Below are positions 15,418 through 30,647 of a stretch of DNA of 64,000 bases, one piece after another. The notes below the pieces were generated by a model. The model saw nothing but the letters and a program-made list of their open reading frames with translations, ran no database searches and had not been told where the DNA came from. The stretch is from the human T2T-CHM13v2.0 reference genome, Homo sapiens. Within the stretch, counting starts at the first letter, position 1. Each line of letters begins with the position of its first letter. The stretch lies in assembly GCF_009914755.1 (NCBI RefSeq), contig NC_060927.1. One strand, 5' to 3'. The position numbers were made by a program, and so were the translations under genes.

Positions 15418-17292
15418 GGTGTATATATTTATGCAGTACATGAAATATTTTGCTACACTTATGCAATGCGTAATAACCACATCATGGAAAATGGAGTATT
15501 CCTTCCCTTAAGCATTTATCCTTTGTATTAGAAACAATCCAATTATACTCTTTTAGTTATTTTTAAATGTACAATTATTATTGACCGTAGTCCCCCGTTC
15601 TATCAAATACCAGGTTTTATTCATTCTATTTTTTTTTTTTAATCATTAACCATCCTCCCACCCCCCATCCCCACACTACCCTTCTCAGCCTCTGGTAACC
15701 ACCCTTCTGTTCTCTGGCTCCATGAGTTCAATTGTTTTGATTTTTAGATCCCACAGATAAGTGAAAACATGCAATATTTGTCTTTCTGTGCCTGGCTTAT
15801 TTTGCTTAACATAATGACCTCCATATTCCATATATCTTATTGCAAATGACAGAATCTCATTCTTTTTTATGGCTGAATAGTACTCCATTGTATGTAAGTA
15901 CCACATTTTCTTTATCCATTTTCTTTATCCATGTATCATCCATTCAAATGACAGAATCTCATTCTTTTTTTCTGGCTGAATAGTACTCCATTGTGTGTGT
16001 GTGTACATTTTCTTTATCCATTCATCTGTTGTTGTTTTTTTTTTTCCATTCATCTGTTGATGGACACTTAGGTGGCTTCCAAGTTTTAACTATTGTGAAC
16101 CGAGCTGCAGCAAACATGGGAGTGCAGATGTCTCTTCAATATACTGATTTCCTTTTTTTAGGTATATACCCAGCAGTGGGATTGCTGGATCATATGGTAG
16201 CTCTATTTTTAGTTTTTTGAGGAACCTCCAGACTTTTCTCCATAGTGGTTATACTAATTTACATTCCCACCAACAGTGTACAAGGGTTCCCTTTTCTCCA
16301 CATGCTTCCCAGCATTTGTTATTGCCTTTTTGCTATAAGCCATTTTAACTGGGGTGAGATGATACATTGTAGTTTTGATTTGCATTTCTCTGATGATCAG
16401 TGATGTTGAGGACCTTTTCATATGCCTGTTTGCCATTTGTATGTCTTCTTTTGAAAAATGTCTATTCAAATATTTTGCCCAGTTTTAAATCAGATTAAGG
16501 TTTTTCCTATAGAGTTGTTTGAGCTCTTTGTATATTCTGGTTATTAATCCCTTGTCAGATGAGTAGTTTACAAATATTTTCTCCCATTCTGTGGCTTGTT
16601 TCTTCACTTTGTTGATTGTTTCCTTTGCAGTGCAGAAACTTTTTAACTTGATGAGATCCCATTTGTCCATTTTTGCTTTAGTTGCCTGTGCTTGTGGGGT
16701 ATTACTCAAGAAATTTTTGCCCAGACTGATGTCCTGGAGAGTTTCCCCAATATTTTCTTGTAGTAGTTTCATAGTTCAAGGTCTTAGATTTAAGGCTTTA
16801 ATCCATTTTAATTATATTTAAAAAAATTTAAAAAAAAATAAAAAAAATAAAAAAAAAATTTTTAAAAAAATATTTTTGTATATGGTGAGAGAGAGGGGTC
16901 TAGTTTTATTCTTCTACATATGGATATCCAGTTTTCCCGGCACCATTTATTGAAGGGACTGTCTTTTCCCCAATGTATATTCTTGGTGCCTTTGTCAAAA
17001 ATGAGTTCGCTGTAGTTGTGTGGATTTGTTTCTGGATTCTCTATTCTGTTGCACTGGTCTATGTGTCTTTTTTTTTTTTTTTTGCCAGTACCATGCTGTT
17101 TTGGTTACTATAGCTCTGTAGCATTGTAATTTGAAGTCAGGTAATGTGATTTCTCTAATTTTGTTATTTTTGCTCAGAATAACTTTGGCTATTCTGAATC
17201 TTTTATGATTCCATATACATTTTCAGATTGTTTTTTCTATTTCTGTGAAGAATGCCATTGGTTTTTTGATAGGGATTGCATTGAATCTATAG

Positions 17293-17715
<423 letters not shown>

Positions 17716-18963
17716 TGTAGTTTTCATTATAGAGATCTTTCACTTTGGTTAACTCCTGGGTATTTAATTTTATCTGTGGCTATTGTAAGTGAGATTACTT
17801 TATTTATTTCTTTTTCAGATTGTTCACTGTTGGCATATAGAAATGCTACTAATTGTTGTATGTTGATTTTGTATCCTGAAACTTTACTGAATTCATCAGT
17901 TCTAATAGTTTTTTGGTGGAGTCTAGGTTTTTCTAAATATAAGATCATCATATCATCTGCAAACAAGGATAGTTTGACTTCTTCCTTTACAATTTGGATG
18001 CCTTTTTTCCTCTCTTACCTGATTACTCATCTTCCATCTAAAAGGTGGAAAGGCTTTTTGTTTTTCTGCATTCAGTATGATACTAGCTGTGAGTCTGTCA
18101 TATATGGCTTTTATTATGTTGAGCTATATTCCTTCTATACCAAGTTTTTTTGAGGGTTTTTAATCATGAAGGGATGTTGAACTTTATCAAATGCATTTTC
18201 AGCAGTAATTGAAATGATTAAATAGTTTTTGTCCTTTATTCTGTTGATGTGATGTAGCATATTGATTGATTTGCATATGTTGAACTATCTTTGCATTCCT
18301 GGGATAAATCCCACTTGGTCATGATAAATGATCTTTTTAATGTGTTGTTGAATTTGGTTTGCTAGTATTTTGTTGAGGATTTTTGCATCAATATTCATGA
18401 GATATATTGGCCTGTAGTTTTCTTTTTTTGATATGTCTTTGTCTGGTTTTGGTATCAGGTAATACTGGCCTCGTAGAATGAGTTTGGAAGTATTCCCTTC
18501 TCCTCTATTTTTTGGAACATTTTGGGTAAGATTGGTATTAGTTCTTCTTTAAATGTTTGGTAGAATTCAGCAGGAAAGCCATCAGGTACTGGGCTTTTCT
18601 TTACCAGGAGACTTTTTATTATGGTTTGGATCTTGTTACTTGTTATTGGACTGTTCAGGTTTTGGATTTCTTCGTGGTTCAATCTTGGTAGGTTGTATTT
18701 GTCTAGGAATTTATCCATTTCTTCTTGATTTTCCAATTTACTAGCATGTAGTTGCTCATAGTAGCCACGAATGATCCTTTGAATTTATGCAGTATCAATT
18801 GTAATGTCACCTTTTTAATCTCCAATTTTATTTGAGTCTTCTTTTTCTTAGTCTGGCTAAATGTCAGTTTTATCTTTTCAAAGAAACCAACTTTTTGTTA
18901 TGTTGATCTTTTGTATTGTTTTCTTCATGTCAGATTCATTTATTTCTGCTCTGATCCTTATAA

Positions 18964-19460
18964 TTTCTTGTAGTATTTTTATAGTTTTGGGTCTTATGTT
19001 TAAGTCTTTAATGTATTTTGAGTTGATTTTTGTGTATGGTGAGAGGGAGGGGTCTGGTTTCATTCTTCTACATGTGGCTCTCCAATCTTGCCAGAACCAT
19101 TTATTGAAGAGGATATCCCTTCCCCAGTGAAAGTTCTTTGTCACTTTTGTTAAAGATCAGTTGGCTGTAAACAAGTGGCTTCGTTCCTGGGTTCTCTATT
19201 CTGTTCCATTGGCCATGTGTCTTATTTTTATAACAATCCCCTGCTGTTTTGCTTACTATAGCCTTGTAATATATTTTGAAGTTAGGTAATGTGATGCCTC
19301 CAGCTTTGTTCTTTTTGTTTAAGATTGCTTTGGCTATTTGCATTGAACCTATAGATTGCTTTGGGCAATATGGTTATTTTAACTATATTATTCTGATCCA
19401 TGAGCATGGGATGTTCTTTTGTGTCTTCAGTCTCTTTCATCAGTGTTTTGTAGTTTTTTG
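18964..19460 (-). mobile_element. L1 ORF2 fragment, apparent continuation of the L1 broken at ~14630
   Basis: Resumes at the same consensus position; ORF KAILNKKNKAGGITLPNFKIYYKA. Confidence 0.75.
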
Positions 19461-20007
19461 TGTAAATAAAATTCTTATATAATTCTAAGATTTTTGGAAA
19501 AAACTCCCAAATTTTGCCTAGGCTTACTGAGCTGCTTGAGCAAAGCATCTCTGAATAGAGCCAAGCTGATGGTTTGGGCCTTCTGACTCTACAGACCCAT
19601 GTTTTCCCTGCCACTGATAGCTGGTGCAATCTTTTAGCCTCTCATTTATGTTGGGAACCAAACATTATGTTGGGAACCAAAACCAGCCATTTTCAGATGT
19701 CTTCAGCTGAGAATAGCATTAGCAGCTGCATGCTTCTTCCTCGTAGGCCTTACTGTGACAGTAATGAATTTGACATAACAAGAAGTGGGGTATATATGAA
19801 GGTGAGAGTCAGCAGTGGAATCCTGTAGACTTCAAGGAAAACATACAAAGCCTTGGTTTGGGGGCTTGAGCATTCTTAAATATGCTTTTGCTTGAAGCAA
19901 TGTATTAGGATTAGTTATAAAACTAGTTCCATCAGTTATTTGGATACTTGACATTTTTGCTTTGTTGTGAGAACTGCCTGAATTTTTCATACTTTTTCTC
20001 TTTTTAG

Positions 20008-20058
20008 ATATGTGATTCTGTTGGACTGGCAAAACAGATAGCTTTGCATGCTGAACTG
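20008..20058 (+). CDS. APPL1: APPL1 coding exon (~20)
   Basis: ttag|ATA TGT...GAA CTG|gtaag; ICDSVGLAKQIALHAEL. Confidence 0.94.
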
Positions 20059-20075
20059 GTAAGAATCCAAGATGT

Positions 20076-20370
20076 GGCTGGGCACAGTGGTTCACACCTG
20101 TAATCGCAGCACATTGGGAGGCCGAGGCGGGCAGATGACTTGAGGTCAGGAGTTCGAGACTAACCTGGCCAACATGGTGAAACCCCATTTCTACTAAAAA
20201 TACAAAAATTAGTTGGGTGTGGTGTCGTGCACCTGTAATCCCAGCTACTGAGGAGGTCTGAGGCACGAGAATGACTTGAATCCGGGAGGCGGAGGTTGCA
20301 ATGAGCCGAGATCACACCACTGCACTCCAGCCTGGGCAACAGAGCGAGACTGTATCTCAAAAAAAAAAAA
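20076..20370 (+). mobile_element. AluS
   Basis: TSD GAATCCAAGATG; begins 17 nt after an APPL1 donor. Confidence 0.9.
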
Positions 20371-20619
20371 GGAATCCAAGATGCTTGATTTTCCAAGAAT
20401 GTTAACTAAAATAGTATATTAGCTCTTTCATATTAGCAAGTAAATAAAATGATTTTGCTAAGCAAGGTTAACAGTGATACTATTACCAACATAGCATTTA
20501 GAATTTGGATAATTGTTTACCATTGAATATAAACTGTTGATGTGCTTTCTTATGTATAAATGCAAAAAAATATTGAAAGGTTACCATGTGATATTAACTG
20601 AAATGTCTAAAATTTAAAG

Positions 20620-21889
20620 TTATTTCATATTTAATTCATTAGTTTTATTCATCTGTTCTTTAGGATCGTAGGGCATCAGAAAAACAAAAAGAAATAGAGA
20701 GAGTAAAAGAGAAGCAACAGAAAGAACTCAATAAACAAAAACAGATTGAAAAGGTATACAGTCCTAATGTCTGGATCTTTATGTGTTGTTTGTGAAGACT
20801 TAATTCAGCACTATGACTTTCAGATTTGAATTTCCAAATGAAGGGCTGTTTCTGCTTGTTCAGCCACTTCATAAACAGATGATTCATACCATAGCAGAAA
20901 AGGGTCACATCTGTTTTTTGATATGATGTTTACATTATAGTTACGTTGACATGTAATATGACTGTTTCAAAAATATACCAGAACTTTAATATTTCAGAGG
21001 AGGTTGTCTCTGTCAAAGCAGTTGAGAGGCTGTGTAGACTTAACTGCCATTGCTGAAAGCCATTTTGCCTTCTATGGGGGGGAAATAAATAAATATATAT
21101 GTTATATGAAATATATAATGAAATGTATATTTTTAATATTGCCAGGAGTGTCAAATCATTGTCCATCCAACAGAATAATTTTAAAAGACAAATTTCAGAG
21201 CAAAAGTTGAAGAATGCATTAAATGATCCATGAAATTGTAAGAGCGTGTTATGGGTTGTAGATTGACAGTAGGAATAGAAAAGAGGAGACAGCTGGGATG
21301 CTTAGAACAGATCAATAAGCATTGGCTGTGGGCTGGCTCTCTGGACAAAGAAGAGGGAAGTGGCAAAGATGACATTGAAGTGAGGCTTTCTTGATAGGCG
21401 AGGCTGAGGGAAGGTGACACCTGATTTAGCAAAGATGAATTGGACAGGGATGGAGAAAAGGGCTGGAGAGGGGAAGGGAAAGGAGTGTGGGGGTGATCCC
21501 TTTCGAGGGTTTTACTATAATATATAGTGAGAGATGATTGATGATGGGCTTTATTTGGTTGTTGGTCATAAAAAAAGAAAGATAAAATATTAGATTTTAG
21601 TTTGAATGCTGGCTTTTATAGGATGGTGCCAAAATTCATTTTGGTGTTGTATTGTTTGGGTGTAGCTTTTCTTTTTATCAAGTTGTCAGAAGTATGCATA
21701 CATATTTATGACAGAAGAATTGAAGTGGCTCTCAAGAATGTATCTTAACTGCATAATTTGCCATTTGACTGCAGACAAGTAACTTAGTTTCTTTTTTGTC
21801 TTTTCCACTAGGACTTGGAAGAACAAAGTCGGTTGATAGCTGCTTCCAGTAGACCAAACCAAGCCAGTAGTGAGGGGCAGTTTGTTGTC
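20620..21889 (-). other. ASB14: Predicted ASB14 non-coding terminal exon, antisense to APPL1
   Basis: Minus-strand pyrimidine tract (complement of 21901-21950) with first AG at 21891-21890; minus-strand AATAAA at 20649-20644; ASB14 stop exon has a donor 22 nt after TAA; consistent with the recalled APPL1/ASB14 overlap; 3' end approximate. Confidence 0.65.
20664..20753 (+). CDS. APPL1: APPL1 coding exon (~21; coiled coil)
   Basis: ttag|GAT CGT...GAA AAG|gtat; DRRASEKQKEIERVKEKQQKELNKQKQIEK. Confidence 0.94.
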
Positions 21890-21958
21890 CTTAGCAGTAG
21901 CCAGTCAGAAGAGAGTGATTTGGGAGGAGGAGGAAAGAAGAGAGAATCAGAAGCATAA
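21812..21958 (+). CDS. APPL1: APPL1 last exon, coding part (PDZ-binding SEA end)
   Basis: ctag|GAC TTG...GAA GCA TAA; DLEEQSRLIAASSRPNQASSEGQFVVLSSSQSEESDLGGGGKKRESEA*. Confidence 0.96.
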   Translation, partial: DLEEQSRLIAASSRPNQASSEGQFVVLSSSQSEESDLGGGGKKRESEA

Positions 21959-24863
21959 GCTTATACTTTTGGTAGATATTCCCCCTTGGAATTTGACAGT
22001 TTCTATGGTGAAATGGCAGAAGGTAACAACTATGTTGAAATATCAAGGAGGAGATTAAGCTTTATATTTGCTTATTTGTTGTAGCTACATTTTAAAAAAA
22101 AGATTGAACTTGATGACTTAGGTTTGCATTGATCTTTTTTCCCCCTTAAACATAATGTACTATGTATTAACATCTAAAGGAAACCTGCTCATCTCCCTGA
22201 AGCAGACTGCTGAGGAATTACATTTGCTCAAGAATTTTTTCCGTCAAATTGTGAACTTTTAATTCTTGCATTGTAATTGGCTGTGTCCATAAGAAATCAT
22301 TTATTCTTCAGGCTTAGACATTCATGGATATGCTTTTCTTTCATTAGGAACATTTTGCTGGTGATGAGGAAGCATTTAGCTGAATAAGTTTAAAGCCCTT
22401 TATACAGAGAATTCTACAAGTTTGCAAATATTTTAACAATATTAAATGTGCAATAGAACTTTTATAAAATAATTAGAACAGAGATTTTACAGTTAAGGTT
22501 TCAAATTGTGGCAGGTGGTACTGTTGATCTCAGGGTACTTTCTGGGATTGCTCACATTTCTCTAATGTACTGCACTTGATGCCAGTAGGAAAGAAGCTTA
22601 AGTGTCTTCAGTTCAAGATTGATAGAGCCCTTGGCATTTTATTATCACATTCTTAGTTCTCAGGTTGGGACTTCAATTACTGCTGCAGAGCAGTAGTGGT
22701 TAAAAATAAGATATTGGAATTTATTAAAAGATTTTTGTTCAATACATTTTAGATTAGGATTGACAAGTAAAGATACTGCTATGGAATGATACATTGTATT
22801 TTCTGCATTGTGTGAAATAGTTTTTATTGAAAGTCAAGTGACATTTCAAAAGAAGTTCTATAACAATTATGTTTCATGCTTAAAGTAAAAATTCCCAGAG
22901 TTTAGTTTAGAAAATGTAATCTTTTAAATTTCAGACTGATATATTCCCAGTATTTTCATAATGCCATGTTTTGATAAAGTACTGAATCACCACTTTATAT
23001 CCACAAAGGCAAATAACTAATGTATGATAATAGAATAATTTGCACTAATTATTGTAAATATGTCTACTCTTCAAATGAGTAAAAGGTCCAATTTTGTGAA
23101 AGATTGAAAATGAATTGAATGCCTAGTAGAGTATAGGAGAAGTTGACCAAGGAAGGATTTAACCTGGTGCCAAGGTTAAAATAACATTTCTCTACTGCCT
23201 ATTGTTTATGTTAAACCTTAATTTTTTTTCTGTAATCACTTTTAACACTGCTAATAGAAATTATGTTTTCATGTGTTTCACATGAAAAAGTATATATATA
23301 CAAAGTTAATATAGTGGGTAAAATACTTTACATAGTCACACATTTACAAATTTTTCAAGAGGTTAGCCACTAAGACTTTAATAATTTTACAAGGGAAAAA
23401 GCCTTTTTTTTTTTTTGATATACAGTTTTTTCTTCTTAGTTCTGCATTAGAAATGGCATCTGTTTTAGGTCTCAAAATATAACTCGGCTGTTTCACTGTA
23501 TATGTACATTGTTTTCTGTAGGAATAGGATAATGATATATAGGATCATGATATTCCTTCTATCCATGTGCCAAATGGGTGTAATGTTTATTTACTGATGC
23601 TTTATGTTACCAAAACATACAGTAAAAAAGTAGAAATTTATGAAATACTTTTGATAAAAAGTTTATTTTGTGCTTACCAAAAGGAATGCTTTCACAATAG
23701 TGTATCAGTTCTTTTGTTTTGTTAAAGTTGGAATTTATTCTGTTGCCAGCATTTAAGTAGTCATGGCAAGTCCTGTTTTTAAGACCTTTTGGAGACTGGA
23801 GCTTTCTGTTCCATTAAGTCTTTTGTTTATACTACAAATTGTCACCTCACTTAGTTCAGATGAAATCTGTTACTCTACAAGGAAGGTGTTCATCATTAGG
23901 AGGCAGCTTTACTAAGCTGGTGCTTTGCATGGTAGCAAGTGCTGCCCTTTATCAGCACCCTGGGTCATAGTGTAGGCTAGAGTTAAGGCACTGGCAGACT
24001 TAGGGATGCTGGACAGACCTGTAGTTCGTTTTAAGTCATGTTCACAGGAATTTCTACAATAATAAACCCATCATCTCCATAGGTCAGATCGAAGTGCATT
24101 CCAATGCTAAATAGAAGTTATGAGTGGGTTTAACAATTTTAGATGATTCAGCTTTTGTTCCATTACTGTTGAACTATATGAACTATTCCATTACTGCAGA
24201 GATTTAAGTATCTGTTTTAATAAGCTCTTTTTGTTATTTAAAGGCTGCCCATGGGTTTCTGCCTAGTGGTAAAGCTGATTGTTACCCTCCTTTGAAATCC
24301 CTTCTAGTTCTGAGATGCTTTGAGGGTAACTGGATTCGATTTTGGGATATCTTTTCTCACATTCAGACTTACACTTAATGGTGTTAGAAATCAACAAAAC
24401 TCCTTTTTAAAAAGAAAAGATATTAAGCCTGCCTACTTCTACAATGCATTCTGTTACCTATTTGAACAGTATGTTTGTAACTATGGCAATGAAGTCAGTA
24501 GATAGGAAACCAGTTATTCCTTCTACCTTTAAAAATTTTGAGAACTTGCCAACCAGGGACTAAAGCTATTATCTTGAACAGAGTCCCTAAAGCTAGTCTA
24601 GTTTTTGCCACATCTGCAATGATTATTGTTTAATTTCAAAAGAATCCTCAGGCTCTACAATCTAGGGGTGGTAAATGTGTTTCCACTATACTTGGGAAAA
24701 GGTCAGTAGGATGTGCATCCTAGGGAAGATAAAATCGTATATGGTAAAGGCATTTGAGTTAATTTTGCATTATATCTAGGAACCATATTATTTAAAATTT
24801 GAATCCTATTAATGCTGAGAGATCCTAAGAGCTAGTATGTTGTAAAACCTGACACCTGAATAA

Positions 24864-25167
<304 letters not shown>

Positions 25168-25700
25168 CTAAAATGAAATTATTAATGTTGGTTCTGAAAC
25201 AACCTCTTAGCATTCAGATTGTATTTTAAATACTTAAACACACCAATTGTAGAAAGCAACCCTTTATTTTTAGCAAGTTTGGTTTACTCTTCTCCCATGA
25301 GATTTTGTCTTTCTACATTAACTAGTAAGACATAAAGATTTGAAACTGGAACTATATTATACTTTTTAACCAATCTCTGTGGCTTCACTCATGAAATTTA
25401 CTTCAGTTAATATGAGACTGGGGGTTAAGTTGTAACTAATATGCAAAATTGCTTTGTATATTTGGTGATTTTGTAATGTAAGTGAATTGATTCTTATTTC
25501 ACTGATACTATTAATCATGCAGTGTACAATTCAAAATCATGCAATGTTTCACTTTAGAATTGGATTTGAAGAACTCGACTTTATGTGATCATGGTATTGG
25601 TATACATGTGGGGTGGAGAACTTATTTTTTCATTTTGTCACAATAGGTATATACTGACAAGGCTTCAGGAAAAAAGTTGTTAGAAGATTTTTTAATGTAT

Positions 25701-25706
25701 AATAAA
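25701..25706 (+). terminator. Likely distal APPL1 polyadenylation signal
   Basis: AATAAA preceded by TGTA and followed ~20 nt later by CAGTGTTTTTT. Confidence 0.7.
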
Positions 25707-26668
25707 GTCCATGATTTTTGTACAGTGTTTTTTAATGAAATATTTGATACTCTGAACTTTATTTCTCAAAGTAATTTCAGATGTTTGTAAAACAATGGAC
25801 TTCTTAAGCTGTTATGACATTATAAATTATACAGCTAGCCCAACTATAATTCCACAGCAGCTAAAATGAAAAAAAAAAGTCACTTTATTGGGAAAAGTTT
25901 GTTATAGAAGCAAACTAATCGATCACTGGTGACTGTTTTTCTTTTAGCAAAGGAAAAAGACTTCATTAATTGACGTATACTTGCTACTGTTTGGTCCTAC
26001 TTACAGAAATTCCTCTAATTTACAGGGGCAGGTTATTGTGCATACCACAGTATAGCTTGGATTTGTAATTTCAATACTAATGCATATTCATCCCATGTGC
26101 TCTTTATAGTTTCTTATGTCAATTAGTTACTTTCTTCTGGGATTTAGTGTTTTGTCTTGGATTTTATAGAAATGTATATATACTTTTAGAAGGTACAGGG
26201 AATAGATGAAATTAACTTTAGAATTATATAATTTATCTGATATAAGTGCATGTATAGCCTAAATATATTTCTATATTGAAAGATATAATCTACCACTCAC
26301 TTACCAGTTTGATTTAAAAAATAACTATTCATGTCAGCTATATAAATTTTTTAATGTAAAAAAACTATAAAAATAATTTAAAGTCTGTGCTTACTGAAAT
26401 AGTCTATATAGCCATTAATCCCTACACTAGAAAAAAAATCATACAGCTTCAGTTTCCCTAGAATGGACTATCTAATTCTTTTAAAAAGTACCAAGACTAA
26501 ACATGTAAACATCAAGGCCATAGCTGACTGGGCTGTAGTGAAAATGGACGATATCATTCTACCTGTTTTCCCTGTTGATATGGCTTCTAAATGTGACACA
26601 AGTATGGTTGAATGAATGTCTTTTTCAGTTTCTTTCCTCACTTTCCACACATAGAAATGTATACTTAC

Positions 26669-27035
<367 letters not shown>

Positions 27036-27437
27036 TCATGTCCATTATCAGGCTAGGTTCAATACAGAAACCATAAGCCATCATTCATTTGAAAACACTT
27101 GTAATTCCAATTCCAGTGATCACATTAACCGGTAAATGGTCAGCCATAGCCAGGATTTTGTGGAAAGAAGGGACACACATTTCTCAATATTGAAATTTCA
27201 ATTGAGGGTTCTATTTCAATTAAATGAATTACCCTACCTCTGTACTTGACTCTACAAAGAAACAGTAATAGACACTAAGCTGGTATTGGGACTTTCCCAC
27301 AAGAACAGCAAACTCCTGAGTCATGTACTGGGGTAAGTATATATTCAGTCCAATCACTGAAATGTACAGTAGGCCCCTTATCGCTGGTTTCCCTTTGTGT
27401 GGTTTCAGTTACCTGCGGCCCAAAACTATTAAAAGGA

Positions 27438-28224
<787 letters not shown>

Positions 28225-28554
28225 TAGGAAAAAATACAGTATGTTTAGGGTTCTGTACTAACCCCGGTTTCAGGCTTCCACTGAGGGTCTTGGAACGTAT
28301 CCTCTGAAGATAAGGGAGACTACTGTATTATATATACTTCTCTATAAAAAAGATACTGCAGTGAGTTATCTTGACTTGTCAGAAGTGGCATCTATTCTTT
28401 TGAGCACATAGACATTGGATTTATACACTTAATTAAAACTGGTGTATTTCAGTTAATTGAAATTTTTACTATTTGGGTTTTTTTTTTTTTAACTGCCTAG
28501 AGAATGCTAGTCATTTATATGTTGAGAGGCTATGTTCAAAGCTACTTTAAAAAA

Positions 28555-28684
28555 TTTTTTTTTTCTTTTAGAGATGGGGTCTTGCTCCGGTCACCTAGGC
28601 TGGAGTGCAGTGGCGTGATCACAGCTCACTGCAGCCTTGACCTCCCAAGGTGAAGCAATCCTCCTGCCTCAGCCTCCCAAGCAG
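28555..28684 (-). mobile_element. AluJ fragment
   Basis: Partial Alu; flanked by AGCTACTTT. Confidence 0.75.
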
Positions 28685-28817
28685 AGCTACTTTTTAAAGG
28701 ACTTAGACTGCATTGAGATTTTAGTTGGTGGGTAAAGCAAAAAATATGAATCATACATAAGTGAAATTTTAAGGAATACAGCTGCAAAATTATACCTTTT
28801 CCATTAGAATGGTTTGA

Positions 28818-28996
28818 TTACCAGGTTCCTGTAAAAATTCCTTGTCCATAAAGGTCGTATTCTTTGTAAAGGACATATGCTTTTAGACGATTGGGTAATG
28901 GAAGAAATGACATGAAGACAGGGCAGCGCAAATGTAACCGTCCCATGCATTTCCGGATCTTTAGGCGGCACAAATGTTTTAGGGAGCGAGGGTTTG
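28818..28996 (-). CDS. ASB14: ASB14 last coding exon (SOCS box)
   Basis: ttag|CA AAC CCT CGC; [58 protein letters not shown]; exon runs on to donor AAG|gtataa at 28796. Confidence 0.95.
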
Positions 28997-29251
28997 CTAA
29001 AAAGAAAAGGCACATTATCCAAAGAGAAAAAGAACTTTTTTTTTAGTATCTTAGGGTTTTGTTAGCAAACGTATTTGATAGCATTTCATTTGCTGTTACT
29101 AAATGGCAAAGTCAATAGGGAAACAGTTTTTCAGTTCTTATTGCAATCCTTGTTGTAGATATGGTTCCAGAGCCATGTCAAGTTAGAATCCAAAGACTGG
29201 CATCAATCATGGATCTGGCCTGTGAGATCTGAAGTTCTTAAATCTGCATGT

Positions 29252-29647
<396 letters not shown>

Positions 29648-30037
29648 CTACTTTGAAAGAATTTGCTTTGAAGAAGGTCATTTTGATACCCTCTACAGAC
29701 ATGGCTCTTAGCTTTTTCTCATCCTTGTTTTTATTGCCATATGATATTAGCTTTTCATTCCGGTGTCCATGGTGTTGTTTCCGTGATTTAGGTGGATTGG
29801 GATGAAAGTATTACCTATCTATATAATAAGTAGTTACCTAACAGATTTTGTCTCCTTGGAAAAGGTAATAAATACAAATTAAGTGTAGTTAGTAACATTT
29901 TTAAAGATAGGAATAGTATTTTTCTGGTTTAAGTCAAGCTTTTAACCAGAAGAGAAGGGTGTTCTAATTCTAAAACAACCAAATAAGAATACAATTAGTA
30001 CTTTTGTAAAAAGTCATTCTATGAGAAGGATACTTAC

Positions 30038-30191
30038 TTAAGATAAAATGTATTTCTGACCAGATCCCCTGTTTTTGGAGCACAGCTTTCAACTTTGAAC
30101 AGATCCGAACTTGATCAACATAATCAAGCATCACTCGAACAACCTTTCCAGAGAGATGTTGCAGCCATGACAAAGTTATTACTTCACAGAA
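30038..30191 (-). CDS. ASB14: ASB14 coding exon
   Basis: cag|TTC TGT GAA...TTA A|gtaagt; [51 protein letters not shown]. Confidence 0.94.
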
Positions 30192-30647
30192 CTGAGGGAA
30201 ACAAAATCAGAATTAGGAAAGTAAATGAAAAACACAAAGTATCTATGGTTTAGCATAGTAGTCAAAGGAGATGTGGTGTGATGAAAGCCAAGAGAGAAAA
30301 ATGTCTCAAAAATGGGAAGGGATGGTAGTGGTCAACTGTACTTATCCTGATTCTTTTTTTCATCAGAAATAAGATCAAAATAAATCATTTAATCAGTTGC
30401 TTCGTTTATGAAACTTCCTCACACTGCTAGGCAGAGTTAAATCACTTTTACCTCTGTACTGTTTTTGTTCCTGTTGTATCTTTCTACTATTGTGTTTATT
30501 TTATCATAATTATTTTATCATATAATTATTATACTAGGATCTCTTCAACCAAGCCTCTGGAGAGAGTGGATGTAATCTATTTATTGCCATAGTTCCAGGG
30601 CCACAAATAATGACTGTAAGGGAATACAGCCAATACTGTGGACTTAC

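Noticed and set aside
19646-19681. Direct repeat TTATGTTGGGAACCAAA twice, CRISPR-like at first glance
   Set aside because: Only two copies with a 2-nt gap in a mammalian intron; simple slippage duplication.
27183-27206. Short palindromic hairpin CTCAATATTGAAATTTCAATTGAG
   Set aside because: Short and AT-rich; expected by chance in 64 kb.
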